From the IMG/VR virus record IMGVR_UViG_3300009701_000004, positions 1 through 64,000 of that record: DNA of 64,000 nucleotides, one strand, 5' to 3'. The translations under genes were made by a program, and so were the position numbers. Each line of letters starts with the position of its first letter. The first letter of the stretch is position 1. Under the pieces are notes generated by a model. It did not search any database. It saw nothing but the letters and a program-made list of their open reading frames with translations, and was not told the DNA's origin. This document shows positions 25,802-36,394 of this stretch, one piece after another. This DNA is from a virus.

Positions 25802-27112
25802 TTAAGCACCGTACAATTGGGAAGCTTTGCTTTCAACCAGGGAGAGGGCTGTGTCGAAATCAACGCCGTCTTGAATCAAAGCATTGACTGCAGCCTTCTT
25901 GTGTTGACCATAAGCATAAGCGCCACCGCCTGCAGCAGCCAATCCCGCAGCACCTGCAACGCCATAGCCAACTGGGTGAGCCTTAGCGTGATCACGAACC
26001 ATGTAACCCAAAGTTTGAGCTTGAGTAGCAGCTTCGCGGCCACGTTGAGCCATGTTAGCACCAGTAGCCTTAACTGTTTCTACGCCAGCTCTGCCATAAG
26101 CATGAGCTTTGCCGTACGCGTCACCAGCTTTGCGAGCAACGTTAGCGCCAGTAGCCTTGACAGTTTCTACACCGGCTCTACCGTAAGCGTGGGCAGCACC
26201 GTAAGCCTTGCCAACTGCACCCTTGATAGCTTCCATCTTACTAGCTTGCTTTACCAAGGACATAGCAACGTCAAAATCGACACCATTGTCAATCAGATCA
26301 TTGAACGCAGCTTGCTTAACTTGAGTATCGTACTCGGCTTCCAGTTCATCAGAAGCAGCCTTGACCAAGGAAGTAGCGTCGTCAAAATCAATACCTTCGT
26401 TCATCAACGCAATAACAGCAGCCAGCTTTTCTTGATTTTCACCCAGATCTTCAGGGCCAGCAACTGGAATTTGAGCAGGGACTTGGCGTGCGTTAGCGGC
26501 ACCTTCGGCTTGCGCAGTTTGGCCAGTTACCAACTGATCTTTAACGCCTTGACTCATCGCATCTGCAACGATAGCATCATAGATTTCATTAACAGTTCCA
26601 CCTTCGCCGCGGCCATCAGTACCAGGCAAATTTTGAATGACCATGTCGTGCTGATCCTTCATAGCAGCATTGTCTTCTTGAACTTTATTAGCAACAACGC
26701 CAGCAGGGATACCATTGTATGTTGCAACATCACCCACACCCGCTTGCTTAGACAGCAATGCTTGGGCCAGGGCCTTACCAGCAGCTTCCGCTTGTTTGTT
26801 CATTTTTTCGTTTCCTTTGTCAGTTGTTTGATTGATTGGTTGTTGATTTTTAGACGCAACCTTCTCCATAATTTCTTTTACAAGATCAGCTCCAGCTTTG
26901 AAAGCAGCAGATTTTTCTTGCTCATCCTTTTCCTTGAACTTATCTTTGTCCTCAGTCTTTTCATCCTTCGACTTATCTTCAGCTTTAGGAGGGAAAGTAG
27001 AACCCTTATTACCTTCGGCTTCACCCTTGTCTTTGCCTTCGTCTTTATTTTCTTCTTCAGACGCCGACTTTTGCAAACCTTGGATCAGGTCGTCCAATGT
27101 AATAGTCTTCAT
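25802..27112 (-). CDS. putative prohead core/scaffold protein with internal repeats
   Basis: More than 10 KxA sites; three G(I/V)DFDxAxSLV repeats; 29-aa tandem duplication. Confidence 0.65.
   Translation of the reverse strand: MKTITLDDLIQGLQKSASEEENKDEGKDKGEAEGNKGSTFPPKAEDKSKDEKTEDKDKFKEKDEQEKSAAFKAGADLVKEIMEKVASKNQQPINQTTDKGNEKMNKQAEAAGKALAQALLSKQAGVGDVATYNGIPAGVVANKVQEDNAAMKDQHDMVIQNLPGTDGRGEGGTVNEIYDAIVADAMSQGVKDQLVTGQTAQAEGAANARQVPAQIPVAGPEDLGENQEKLAAVIALMNEGIDFDDATSLVKAASDELEAEYDTQVKQAAFNDLIDNGVDFDVAMSLVKQASKMEAIKGAVGKAYGAAHAYGRAGVETVKATGANVARKAGDAYGKAHAYGRAGVETVKATGANMAQRGREAATQAQTLGYMVRDHAKAHPVGYGVAGAAGLAAAGGGAYAYGQHKKAAVNALIQDGVDFDTALSLVESKASQLYGA
26054..26207 (-). repeat. 87-nt (29-aa) imperfect tandem duplication AYGxAHAYGRAGVETVKATGAN
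   Basis: GTTAGC(A/G)CCAGTAGCCTT starts at 26054 and 26141. Confidence 0.85.
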
Positions 27113-27163
27113 TTCAAAAATATCCTTTTATTTGAATGTAGGGCCAAATAGGCTTCTACGGTG

Positions 27164-28714
27164 TTACGAATTCTTTGTTAATGCTTGTAGAGTACTTGCT
27201 TTTATAAGTCTATTAGCAATAGCGTAATCAGAAGCAGACTTAACTAATATTATTTTAACCTGTGGATTAGAAGAGTTACCTTGATTCAGCTGCATTTCCC
27301 TTACTTTTTCTTCAATGGCCCTGTTAATAAACATTTTTGCAGCAATAGCTGTTCCTCCAATTTCGAGAATGGCTTTCATCATCTTTGCTAATTCAGCATG
27401 TTCATTAGAAGGGGTAATGCCATTACGCTCTTTGAAATATTCGTAAGGGGAAGGTTCCGCTATCGGACCATTACCGATGTACCCAATATTAGAAGCAATT
27501 CTATCGTAGGACGCACGCTTTTCTACAAACTCTGGGAGTAACGAACATTCCCCTAAGCTTGCACACAGGATATTGGCAATTTCTTTACGGGGACAATCTG
27601 CCGCGCTAATGTCGTCGGGGATATCAAAGGGCGAGGGGCCCAACTCATCAACCATAGATTCTACTACATGGCCTAAACCACGAAGTTTTTGATCATATTT
27701 TTTAGCTATGATTAGTTCAGCCAGGAAAGCAATACTAGGAGAAATTCCCAGGTGAGCCATAGTTTCAAGAGTGTCTTCAAGTTTATGTACTGACAATGAA
27801 TTTATAATAGCATAAGCCGGGTCTTGTACTTTGTCAAGAATAGGTTCTATGTGGTTAAGGTTCTGAGCTACTTCGCCTTCAACTTCCTTAACCATTTCAC
27901 TGATTTTCCTCAGACCGGCACGTTTAGTTTGAACTGCAACTTTATCTAAGCCTTCTCTTTCAGCAATTTCTGCACTACTAATAGGCTCACTGCCATCTTC
28001 TGTTTGAGCTACTATGCCATTAGCATTTGCAGCAAACCCAGCGGTGGCCAGTTTTTGCAGAACACTGCTGACCGGATCAGCCGGTCTAAGTACCCAACTC
28101 ATATCGAAAAAAGTTAATGGGGCAGTATTTAAAGCCATGACTCTAGACCCATCTTGATAAATTCTACCAAGCTCTTGGCTAAGATGTTTGCAGTACTCCA
28201 TTCTTGTACGCGCTTTGTTACCACAAACACTGCACTCATCCCAAGGAGTCCTACAAGCCATTGAAGTTTTAGGGAACTCGCCAGATTCTAACTTATCTAC
28301 GATATCCCAGCCTTTATCACGGTCTATGTACGCAATTACTTCCACTCTATGCATGCGGTGGTTGTATATAGAAAACACAACTTGACCTATAGCTATAGCC
28401 GGATTTTTATTAACGTGATTCTTGAATATATGTGCAGGCGTAGTATAGAATGTTTCATGACATTTTATAAGATTTTCCTCGGGGAAGAAATCTGAATTGC
28501 GATTTGCCCCCCAGTATTCACCTGCAGACATAGCCAAAATATGCACATATACTTTGGAAGGGTCCGGTTTGATATTAGAAGCGTATTCAGTAATTCTGTC
28601 ATCAGCCGCAGCGGATTTGATAAAGCCCTTAGTTTTACTAAAATCTATTATCGTTATAGTCGGCTCATCGTTGTGAAAAAACGAATCACAATCTATTAAT
28701 TTAGTTAGTGCCAT
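27164..28714 (-). CDS. putative prohead protease with Zn-finger insert
   Basis: HIFKNH (His) and TSMAC (Ser), followed by CSVCGN...C.HL, then FFDMSWVLRPAD; head-cluster position. Confidence 0.7.
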   Translation of the reverse strand: MALTKLIDCDSFFHNDEPTITIIDFSKTKGFIKSAAADDRITEYASNIKPDPSKVYVHILAMSAGEYWGANRNSDFFPEENLIKCHETFYTTPAHIFKNHVNKNPAIAIGQVVFSIYNHRMHRVEVIAYIDRDKGWDIVDKLESGEFPKTSMACRTPWDECSVCGNKARTRMEYCKHLSQELGRIYQDGSRVMALNTAPLTFFDMSWVLRPADPVSSVLQKLATAGFAANANGIVAQTEDGSEPISSAEIAEREGLDKVAVQTKRAGLRKISEMVKEVEGEVAQNLNHIEPILDKVQDPAYAIINSLSVHKLEDTLETMAHLGISPSIAFLAELIIAKKYDQKLRGLGHVVESMVDELGPSPFDIPDDISAADCPRKEIANILCASLGECSLLPEFVEKRASYDRIASNIGYIGNGPIAEPSPYEYFKERNGITPSNEHAELAKMMKAILEIGGTAIAAKMFINRAIEEKVREMQLNQGNSSNPQVKIILVKSASDYAIANRLIKASTLQALTKNS

Positions 28715-28717
28715 AGA

Positions 28718-29185
28718 TTAAATCTTACCCCTATTTGTATTCACCGGACTAGGTGCCATTTGAGCAGGAGTCAAGGTTTTGTTGATATCATTTAAAGCTC
28801 GTAGACTCTTATGTTCCAGCTTCAATTTATCCTGATTAGCCCTAGCAGTAATAGAACTATTATGGTAATTAGCTAAAGATACTGCGAGAGAAGCCCCGCT
28901 AATACCTAAACCTATGCGGGGAATCTTAGTGTTGAAGTCTGCTAATTTTAACAAATATCTATTTTCACTGGAAGTTTTACTAAGGGCCTCATACGGTCCG
29001 GCGTCAGAATTATTCCAAAGTGCCTGTGAATTCTGGTTACCTACAACCATGGCATTGCTACGAATCTCTTCGCACCAAGGCCCTGTTCCCGAATAGCTCT
29101 GAACGTTACCACCGGCATTTTCTGTCGAGGGATCGGAATCTACAATTCTAGCTATAGCACCAAGATAATCGCTTTTGTTAGGCAT
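28718..29185 (-). CDS. putative internal head protein
   Basis: Internal ENRYLLKLA tag followed by a hydrophobic segment. Confidence 0.55.
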   Translation of the reverse strand: MPNKSDYLGAIARIVDSDPSTENAGGNVQSYSGTGPWCEEIRSNAMVVGNQNSQALWNNSDAGPYEALSKTSSENRYLLKLADFNTKIPRIGLGISGASLAVSLANYHNSSITARANQDKLKLEHKSLRALNDINKTLTPAQMAPSPVNTNRGKI

Positions 29186-29197
29186 ATACTTAACCTA

Positions 29198-29755
29198 TTA
29201 AATGTAAGATTTCGGAGTAAACGTAGTATTGTCTCTGTATGTACGTTGTAAGTCAGTTACGGTTTTGATAATAGTAGGGTCAATGCCAGAACCGTGGACT
29301 GCATTAGCCAAAACCGTGCTTAACAGATTACGATCCGCGGCAATATCAGGAGCAAAACGGAAAATAGTTTCAGCATATTCCTTAACACTTTCAAGTTCCC
29401 TAGCACCTTTGATAGCCTCTTCTTTTACAATAGGATTGGTTACCAGTACGTATTCCAACGCTTGAAGAAACTTGGTACGCAGACGGTCATGATTGATACT
29501 ATTAGCAGCAGCACCTAATGCACCTACTCCAGTAGTGATTAGAAGTTTACCTAAACTTTCGCCGAAACCCTTGCCTAAGCCAGCAGTAGCGGCAGCGCCA
29601 ATGCCTCGTCCACGAATTTCCATTAACTTATCCGCAGCACTTTTTTGATCAAAACGGCTATTAGCAGCTTTAGTAAAGCCACGAACGAATTCGTCAGCCA
29701 TTTGCTTATCACCAGCGTATTTTTCTAAAGCGTATGCTTTTACTTTTTCTAACAT
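29198..29755 (-). CDS. hypothetical head-cluster protein (start moved to ATG29755)
   Basis: SD GAGG; KxA sites; Gly/Ala hydrophobic stretch. Confidence 0.65.
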   Translation of the reverse strand: MLEKVKAYALEKYAGDKQMADEFVRGFTKAANSRFDQKSAADKLMEIRGRGIGAAATAGLGKGFGESLGKLLITTGVGALGAAANSINHDRLRTKFLQALEYVLVTNPIVKEEAIKGARELESVKEYAETIFRFAPDIAADRNLLSTVLANAVHGSGIDPTIIKTVTDLQRTYRDNTTFTPKSYI

Positions 29756-29780
29756 GTATTGTCCTCTTGTTCTTTCGTTC

Positions 29781-30800
29781 TTATTCTCTTTGTAATGCTT
29801 TCCAAACATCCCTGCTTGTATTTGTAGATTTGTCTACGCCAGGACTATACGCTGCAACATCAAATATTGGAGTGGCTAATTTACCTGCAACAGTACCAAT
29901 ACCGATTTTCTTAGCAACCGGTGCTACGTGACCAATACCTGCTTTTGCAGCAGCAACTCCAACACTATTCGTAGAGTTGGCTAAAGTATTTCCGATACCA
30001 GTACCGAGGGCTTTAAAGGGCGCTGACGCAACAGATCCAATAGCTTTGCCTAACGTGCCGAAAATGGCCTGTTTTGTCATTTTAGCACGTTCGCCCAATT
30101 CTTCAGCGGATTTAATTTGAGCATTAACTTCAGCAGCTTCCTTATATAATGCTTGTACTTTGAATACGTTTTTCAAATCAGCTTCTTTGAAAATGCCGCT
30201 GTTATTATGAGCCTCTACTTTGTTATATACTAAAGTCGAGAGTAAAGCGAATTCTTTTCCATCTGCAATAGCAGCTAGTTTTTCCAAACCTTGAGGATCC
30301 TTGCTCACAACCGATGCAGCTTTGATTAGTTCTGGAACAATCGTAATTGCACGATCTTTTAGTAATTCCAGATCACGTTCATGCATAGAAGCAGTCTTGT
30401 TGAAAAACACATGTTTCTCTGCTTCTTCTAAAGAACGAGATTTATACTCAATTTCGGACGAAGCTTTGACCAGTGAAGGAGAAGAGGGGGCAGGGGCGCA
30501 CAAAGGTTCCTTAGTACTAGCTGACGCTGATTTCATCATATCTGGGATAGAGATGTCTGCCATAACCTCGGCCATTTTAGCCAAAGGAAATTCAATCGTT
30601 CTATCATTAGTAACGTCTTGAGCTTTAAGGAATGCAATAGAATTAGTAGCTTCAATAACCCGTTGAATTTGTTCTGAGTTCAATTCCATAGCCGATGCTT
30701 GTTTTGCAATACCTGCACTTAGAGGAACTTTTTCGTTCAAAAACATCTCTGTAGCCCTAACGGCTATATCTCGGATTTGGTCAGAATTTATAACAGTCAT
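29781..30800 (-). CDS. KxA-rich head-cluster protein
   Basis: AKQAS, MKSAS, NKTAS, IKAAS, EKLAA, TKQAI; late motif at 30820-30826. Confidence 0.7.
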   Translation of the reverse strand: MTVINSDQIRDIAVRATEMFLNEKVPLSAGIAKQASAMELNSEQIQRVIEATNSIAFLKAQDVTNDRTIEFPLAKMAEVMADISIPDMMKSASASTKEPLCAPAPSSPSLVKASSEIEYKSRSLEEAEKHVFFNKTASMHERDLELLKDRAITIVPELIKAASVVSKDPQGLEKLAAIADGKEFALLSTLVYNKVEAHNNSGIFKEADLKNVFKVQALYKEAAEVNAQIKSAEELGERAKMTKQAIFGTLGKAIGSVASAPFKALGTGIGNTLANSTNSVGVAAAKAGIGHVAPVAKKIGIGTVAGKLATPIFDVAAYSPGVDKSTNTSRDVWKALQRE

Positions 30801-30836
30801 ATCGTTTCCTTTAATACATTATTTTAACAGACGGGG

Positions 30837-30995
30837 TTACTTGTATTCATGAGTCTTGAAATGAGTGAGGAATTTAGTTAATCTCGGTTTATGAATACGT
30901 TTTGGTTTTTTATAGGATTTTTCACTACGGGGAGGAGTAGGTGCTTTTAGAAGAGCACACACTTTAACTAAATATTTGTTTTCACGATCATCCAT
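30837..30995 (-). CDS. 52-aa basic protein with ENKYLVKV tag variant (not in the ORF track)
   Basis: Hand translation MDDRENKYLVKVCALLKAPTPPRSEKSYKKPKRIHKPRLTKFLTHFKTHEYK; fills the gap between two late genes. Confidence 0.55.
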   Translation of the reverse strand: MDDRENKYLVKVCALLKAPTPPRSEKSYKKPKRIHKPRLTKFLTHFKTHEYK

Positions 30996-31000
30996 TGCTA

Positions 31001-31729
31001 TTAAATTCCATATCCATTCAAATCATTCAACCCTTCAAACCCCTCAAGGCTGAAACTTTCCGTGCTCACTTCACCTACCTCAGCATCTGTTCCGTTATCT
31101 CTTGTTATAGATTCAAACCCTTGAAAGTCAGGCTCTATTTCCTGCAAAGCCAATTCGATATCTTGGCGAGCAGCACCTGCATCCATGACCCATGCTTTGA
31201 TAAGCCTTGCCAGATCCATGCTTAGCTTTATGTACTTAGTACTTTCTTTAGAAGCCTCGGTTGAGTTACTATTAAATACGGCTTCTTTAGATTTCATAAC
31301 GCAGGTGGTAAAAAGGTCTTGTAACCCTTCCACCGGACTGACACTAACTTGTTTACCTAAACGCCAAGCTAAAAAAGAGAGGCCCTGCGAAAGCCCCCAC
31401 ATCTTCATACTCGCTTCAGCCGAATCTGGAACATCTAATAATTCCATACGACTTAAACGGTCGAACCCTATTGTATCATAAAATATCTTGCTATAAATAT
31501 CTATGACTTCAACAGGAATTTCTAATAGTTCAGAAATTTCTTCGATATCGTCTGTAGCTAATAAAGCAGATTCTACGTAACTTTTTTTAAGAGCACTCTT
31601 ATTTAGTACTGAAGCTTTTAAATACAATTGAGCCTCGGAACCTTCCGGGTTGCCAAGAATGGCATCGACCAGAGGATCTGTTCCGATAACTCTATTTCTG
31701 ATAAGAAGTTCCCTTGCATTTACAGGCAT
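31001..31729 (-). CDS. hypothetical protein
   Basis: Long ORF in the late operon. Confidence 0.75.
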   Translation of the reverse strand: MPVNARELLIRNRVIGTDPLVDAILGNPEGSEAQLYLKASVLNKSALKKSYVESALLATDDIEEISELLEIPVEVIDIYSKIFYDTIGFDRLSRMELLDVPDSAEASMKMWGLSQGLSFLAWRLGKQVSVSPVEGLQDLFTTCVMKSKEAVFNSNSTEASKESTKYIKLSMDLARLIKAWVMDAGAARQDIELALQEIEPDFQGFESITRDNGTDAEVGEVSTESFSLEGFEGLNDLNGYGI

Positions 31730-31734
31730 TATAA

Positions 31735-33678
31735 TTAAGCGTTAGATTCGTTAGGGCGAAGGGTAGTCAACTCTTTAAGCTTGATAAGGTTATTGCCTAA
31801 CATACGATATACGTTACGTAAATTATCAAGGAAAGAAAACACCCCATCGGCATCGTTATTTTCAGCAAGTTGACGGATATGTATGCGGGACAATAGAAGT
31901 ACTCTGCCCAGTTTATCTACGCAATCCTCAATTTCAGGAATGTATTCATCGATTAAGCCAAACATGTCTGGATTCTGCAACAGTTCAGAAATGATTGTAG
32001 CCTCAGTCGCTTGAGGATCTTTGATGCTAAAGGAACTTTGAGTGTTAGGCATAAAGCTACCATTCAAGCCAACCTTAGGAACCGGAGGAGGGGGATTACC
32101 CATTTGAGGGATTTCACCTGCATTAAAACCTGGGCCGCCAGGAGCAGTTCCGGCTTGTTTACTCAAATATATCTTGGCAAACTTACGTTCCTTAGCTTGC
32201 TTAACAAAGGTAGTAGCTTGTTCAGGCTCAATGCCTTCTGTAATAACCAGCCTAGACATCATGTCCGCTTCAGAGCCTACAATTCTACCATTGGCGGTGA
32301 ATTCAACGCCGTCATACCCCAGATTCAACTGTTCACCTAACAAACCTGCCTCAGTGATTTCACGTTTGACAGAAGCACTGTTCACACTACGCTCAAGTTC
32401 ATCCGCTACGTTTTCATTCAATTTCAGAATAATTGTGTTAAATGGGGTAAAAATGGTCTTATGATTATATTGCGCTTTAGCTGTGTAATTGCGCAGGGCA
32501 TGAATACATACTTCTCCTGCACGGGAAAAACCTCCACGAGGGAAAGCTTTAATTTCCACTCCCAAATTACTAAGGATCACGCGTTCAGTATTGAACACGC
32601 CAATTAAATCGAATTCATTGTCAAACATGGCAAAGTTATCGCCCGTCTCCAATTCACGAGGAGACACTGGAGTATTAAACTTGAACAAAGTATCCAGCAC
32701 ATCGGTACGATTCATTTTCGTACCCTTAACAACGAAAGATTCCGCTTCAGCCCAATCGCCATTCGAGAACAAAGCTACGCTCTTCCAAGTTTCCCTAATT
32801 ACTTTACCGAATTGGCCTATGTTAGATTGCTTAGGAATGAACGCTTCCCTACCTGCTCCACTCTTCAGAATTACTTCGTAGTCTGAATTGCCGTCAAGAG
32901 CAGTAACAGAAGTATAACGACCATCGTCAAAATTAGTAGCGGCCACAGCAAAACGCTTAGTAGGAACCTCGCCACTAATAATATACCCGTTATCAATAAT
33001 TGAAGTAATTTCATCTGGAGTAAGATTTCCTTTACCCACACCCGTAACAACGCTTACTGGAACTGCATTAGTTTGAACAGCAGCTCCCTTAGGGGCCGGC
33101 TTTAATGCAGCGAAGATATCCCGGATATTGAATAACTTATGCAATTCTTCATATACGGATTTTTCCTCGGCGATCTTCTCCATTGTGAATTTCTTGAGAT
33201 AATCAGGCATTTCTGACAAGAAATCTCCCAAACGGCTTGCAGAAGCATAAACGAGCTTACCTGTGCGAGGGGGAACAATCAATTGAGTCATATCTGGATT
33301 GATAGACACAGTTGGCGGAATTTTAACAGCCTTACCTTGGCTAAGTTGACTAGTTGATGTAATTAGCTCTATAGTCTTTTTGGTAAGCGGGTAGAACTTA
33401 GCCAAAGACGCAAAGAAGATACTATCCACTGGGTAAACGCTATCGCCTTTACTAACCACTGGAACATAGAAAACTTCTCGGCCTACTCTCAACACAAAGA
33501 TACCGACCTTTAAGTCAGCGTTGTCATCATTCTGTATTTCGTCGGTTACATCTTTGAATCCTATGATGTAATTACCAAGTTCAGGAGATGAGCTAAGGAA
33601 TTTGGCTAGGGCTAAGGAATTAAAGTCAATGCCTTGGTCTTCACCCATACCTTGATCTTGTTGATTATTTTGCGCCAC
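31735..33678 (-). CDS. large hypothetical virion/head protein (start moved to GTG33678)
   Basis: SD AAAGGA; late motif at 33706-33712; KxA sites. Confidence 0.75.
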   Translation of the reverse strand: MAQNNQQDQGMGEDQGIDFNSLALAKFLSSSPELGNYIIGFKDVTDEIQNDDNADLKVGIFVLRVGREVFYVPVVSKGDSVYPVDSIFFASLAKFYPLTKKTIELITSTSQLSQGKAVKIPPTVSINPDMTQLIVPPRTGKLVYASASRLGDFLSEMPDYLKKFTMEKIAEEKSVYEELHKLFNIRDIFAALKPAPKGAAVQTNAVPVSVVTGVGKGNLTPDEITSIIDNGYIISGEVPTKRFAVAATNFDDGRYTSVTALDGNSDYEVILKSGAGREAFIPKQSNIGQFGKVIRETWKSVALFSNGDWAEAESFVVKGTKMNRTDVLDTLFKFNTPVSPRELETGDNFAMFDNEFDLIGVFNTERVILSNLGVEIKAFPRGGFSRAGEVCIHALRNYTAKAQYNHKTIFTPFNTIILKLNENVADELERSVNSASVKREITEAGLLGEQLNLGYDGVEFTANGRIVGSEADMMSRLVITEGIEPEQATTFVKQAKERKFAKIYLSKQAGTAPGGPGFNAGEIPQMGNPPPPVPKVGLNGSFMPNTQSSFSIKDPQATEATIISELLQNPDMFGLIDEYIPEIEDCVDKLGRVLLLSRIHIRQLAENNDADGVFSFLDNLRNVYRMLGNNLIKLKELTTLRPNESNA

Positions 33679-33725
33679 AATAATTGATCCTTTTAGATAT
33701 ATGAATATTTTAACATGGAAGCTTA

Positions 33726-34559
33726 CTATGCTCCACAACCGGGCATTTTAGGATTAGAACCTGATGCTACAGTCTGTACTGGACCAGATGTCATTTTGGT
33801 ATTAGAGGCGGAACTTCCCCCTCCTGAGTAAGAAGAGTTATTAGCCAGTGCGTAATCTTTCTGAATTACATCGTTAATGTATTGCTGAACACTTGGTTGA
33901 GGAACCCCGTTGGCAACTACAGCTTTACCGATACCATAATACCCTGCAAGTGCATTAACTATTTTGCTACCATAATTTATAGATCCAGGGTATAGATAAT
34001 GTCTTTCAAATACTATAAGCCCAGCTATAAGTTGGTTGGTTATCTGTTGATCGGTAGCAAGTTGACCTCCAATTGGACCCATAGTGCTGGTTATGTCGTC
34101 TCCGGGATTAACTAAGATAGGGTTTACAACAGAAGCCAAGTCTGGGCGACAGACTAATAATTGACAAGGTTTCGTCACACCCTTGATTAGGTATTGACCC
34201 ATTACTTGACAAAGGCCGAAAGCACGACAACTCTGCTGAAGATTATATCTTTGTTGTTGGGTACCGTTGTTATATACGTTAGCCACAGCAGAATATTGGA
34301 GAAATTCTCTTTGAAAATAATCCCCTTTACTACCCACCACAATAGCCCCAAGCCTAGGAGGATTGACAAAAGCACTTTCGTGTTGAATCAATGACATTAA
34401 TATATTTATAATATCATTAGGTATTTCATTGGCCAAAGAGGACGAAAAGTATTTAGGTATGAACGTAGTCAACTTTTGCCTTACTATCTGTTTTAGAGAA
34501 GTAGAGGCTGAAGTAGTAATAGGAACTCCAGAAGTTCCAGTTGCAGGGGTTGTAGCCAT
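33726..34559 (-). CDS. lysozyme-fold lytic transglycosylase-like protein
   Basis: LIQHESAF (catalytic Glu), AFGLCQVMG, ALAGYYG. Confidence 0.7.
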   Translation of the reverse strand: MATTPATGTSGVPITTSASTSLKQIVRQKLTTFIPKYFSSSLANEIPNDIINILMSLIQHESAFVNPPRLGAIVVGSKGDYFQREFLQYSAVANVYNNGTQQQRYNLQQSCRAFGLCQVMGQYLIKGVTKPCQLLVCRPDLASVVNPILVNPGDDITSTMGPIGGQLATDQQITNQLIAGLIVFERHYLYPGSINYGSKIVNALAGYYGIGKAVVANGVPQPSVQQYINDVIQKDYALANNSSYSGGGSSASNTKMTSGPVQTVASGSNPKMPGCGA

Positions 34560-36394
34560 TAATATTGCCCTTCAGGACCGGAGCCAAAGTCCCTGCCAAT
34601 TATGTAAGGAGTAATTGGGCTAGTGCTATGTTCAGGAGAATCTTCACTATATGCAGCAGCATTGAGAATAGAATCTTTAAGTTTGTTAAAAGACAAACGA
34701 GATATCCAATCCTTATCAAGCAATTTAGTAGATTGCAGCCCCGGAACAATAGGGGACACAGTTAAACCAGAAGATGAAACAGCCACTTCCTTAATGCCCT
34801 TAGCTTTTAACTCGTCAACGTGATTACTATCCAGGAAAGTCCCTGGCGTTAAGCTTAATACCCCTTTAGCTAATACTTTTCCTTCAGCTTGAGATATCGG
34901 AACAATCCCGTTGTTATGGGCTAGATATTTCGCCACGTTATTGACGGGTATTTTATCTCCAGGTAAAAATCCGCTTTGGCCAGGATTAACTACCTGTACA
35001 TATTTAATCAAGTTTTTACTAATAACTTCGAACCACCGGGGATCGAGATCAGCACCATAAATGCCTCGCAATTCCTGAGTCATGTAATCTCTACCGGCAC
35101 CAATGCCCCGTAACCCTACGAGTTTGCGAGGATTGATAACTCCCGTGGATAACCTATCTCCTTGACGAATTTTATCGCCTTGAGATACTACAACGTTCTG
35201 CGATATAGGTACGAAGTGCTTTTTTTCGTTGATGAATACGTTGGTATCGCCCAGAGGTGTTTTCTCAATCTTAGATACTACACCGTTTAATTCAGAGATA
35301 GTTGCTTCGTCTTTGAAGTTTTCAGCCGGGTTATTCAAAATATTACTGGCTTGATCATATGCATTACCACGCCGTTCTCCCACCGAACTCTTATGTTTAG
35401 TAGAAAGCATTGATTGCGTAAGAACTTCCGATACCGATTGTGCGGCTATAACACCAATGTTCTCACCTATTTCGGGAAGTTTGCCATTTGCAGCTAAACC
35501 AAAACATTTAACACAAGTACCTTCAGGAGCCTCGCAGGTAGTTGTACTACGAACTTTAACCTCTTTAACATTAGAAGATCGTAAATCGTCGTAATACCTC
35601 TCATCCATTAATGAATTCGTCCCGGCTTGAAACCTACCAATCAAAGATTTCTTATCGGAAATAGGCACCATAATACCGTTGGTCGTGCCGCAGTCTTGGA
35701 TAGTAATAACCTCGTTAAACAGGGTTGGGGAAATACGCTTGAATAGAGCCCCTGGGAGGGCCGTAGAGAGCTGCGAGAGGACAGTTGAAGCTCTACCCAT
35801 GTAGCTGAGTGCTAAGTGCTCTGCGGGCGTCATACCCTCTGCAAAGCCGTGTTTGATAACTAGTGGTACCAACTCGCCTTTAATGTTCAAAGACATCAGG
35901 GGGGAAGAGGTGGCGTTAGCCAACTGAGATTTGTTACCGCGGGCTCCAAAGCGAGCCATATTAGCAGCAGTAGAACCTTTGTTTACCAAGTAGGAAAGAT
36001 TCTGGTCCTCAATCTTTGTGTTGTATTTACTGGTGAGATCCCCTAGATTTTTATTGATTTCAGCTTTACTCTTACCGCTATTCTTAATATCCTGAACCTT
36101 GTGCGAGAACTCTTGAATCAAAGCTTGTCGTTCGTCGGAATCATTAATGTAATCTGACAATGGGGTAGATGCGCCAATCTCGGTACTTTTAGAGAAGAAA
36201 ATTTTGCCTAAATCATTAATAGTTTCATGAGCGTTGTCCCCGCCTTTTGATAGCAGAGTGTTAATCATAGAAGACATGCCCTTTTTATCTAAAACTTTAT
36301 AGGGATCATAAGCGGCTTTTGCTTCAGGAGTTGGCATTTGAGACTTGATCCACAAACTCCCGGCAGTTGTGATTTTCTTAGCATTAGTAGTCAT
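34559..36394 (-). CDS. RNA polymerase beta' subunit, C-terminal part
   Basis: GARGNKSQL, DCGT, RSTTTC...CVKCFG Zn site, GENIGVIAAQSVSEVLTQ, WISRLSF. Confidence 0.88.
   Translation of the reverse strand: MTTNAKKITTAGSLWIKSQMPTPEAKAAYDPYKVLDKKGMSSMINTLLSKGGDNAHETINDLGKIFFSKSTEIGASTPLSDYINDSDERQALIQEFSHKVQDIKNSGKSKAEINKNLGDLTSKYNTKIEDQNLSYLVNKGSTAANMARFGARGNKSQLANATSSPLMSLNIKGELVPLVIKHGFAEGMTPAEHLALSYMGRASTVLSQLSTALPGALFKRISPTLFNEVITIQDCGTTNGIMVPISDKKSLIGRFQAGTNSLMDERYYDDLRSSNVKEVKVRSTTTCEAPEGTCVKCFGLAANGKLPEIGENIGVIAAQSVSEVLTQSMLSTKHKSSVGERRGNAYDQASNILNNPAENFKDEATISELNGVVSKIEKTPLGDTNVFINEKKHFVPISQNVVVSQGDKIRQGDRLSTGVINPRKLVGLRGIGAGRDYMTQELRGIYGADLDPRWFEVISKNLIKYVQVVNPGQSGFLPGDKIPVNNVAKYLAHNNGIVPISQAEGKVLAKGVLSLTPGTFLDSNHVDELKAKGIKEVAVSSSGLTVSPIVPGLQSTKLLDKDWISRLSFNKLKDSILNAAAYSEDSPEHSTSPITPYIIGRDFGSGPEGQY

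Noticed and set aside
25817-27151. 444-aa plus-strand ORF
   Set aside because: Antisense shadow of the 25802-27112 gene; Ser/Phe/Leu-rich, TTG start, no promoter or RBS.
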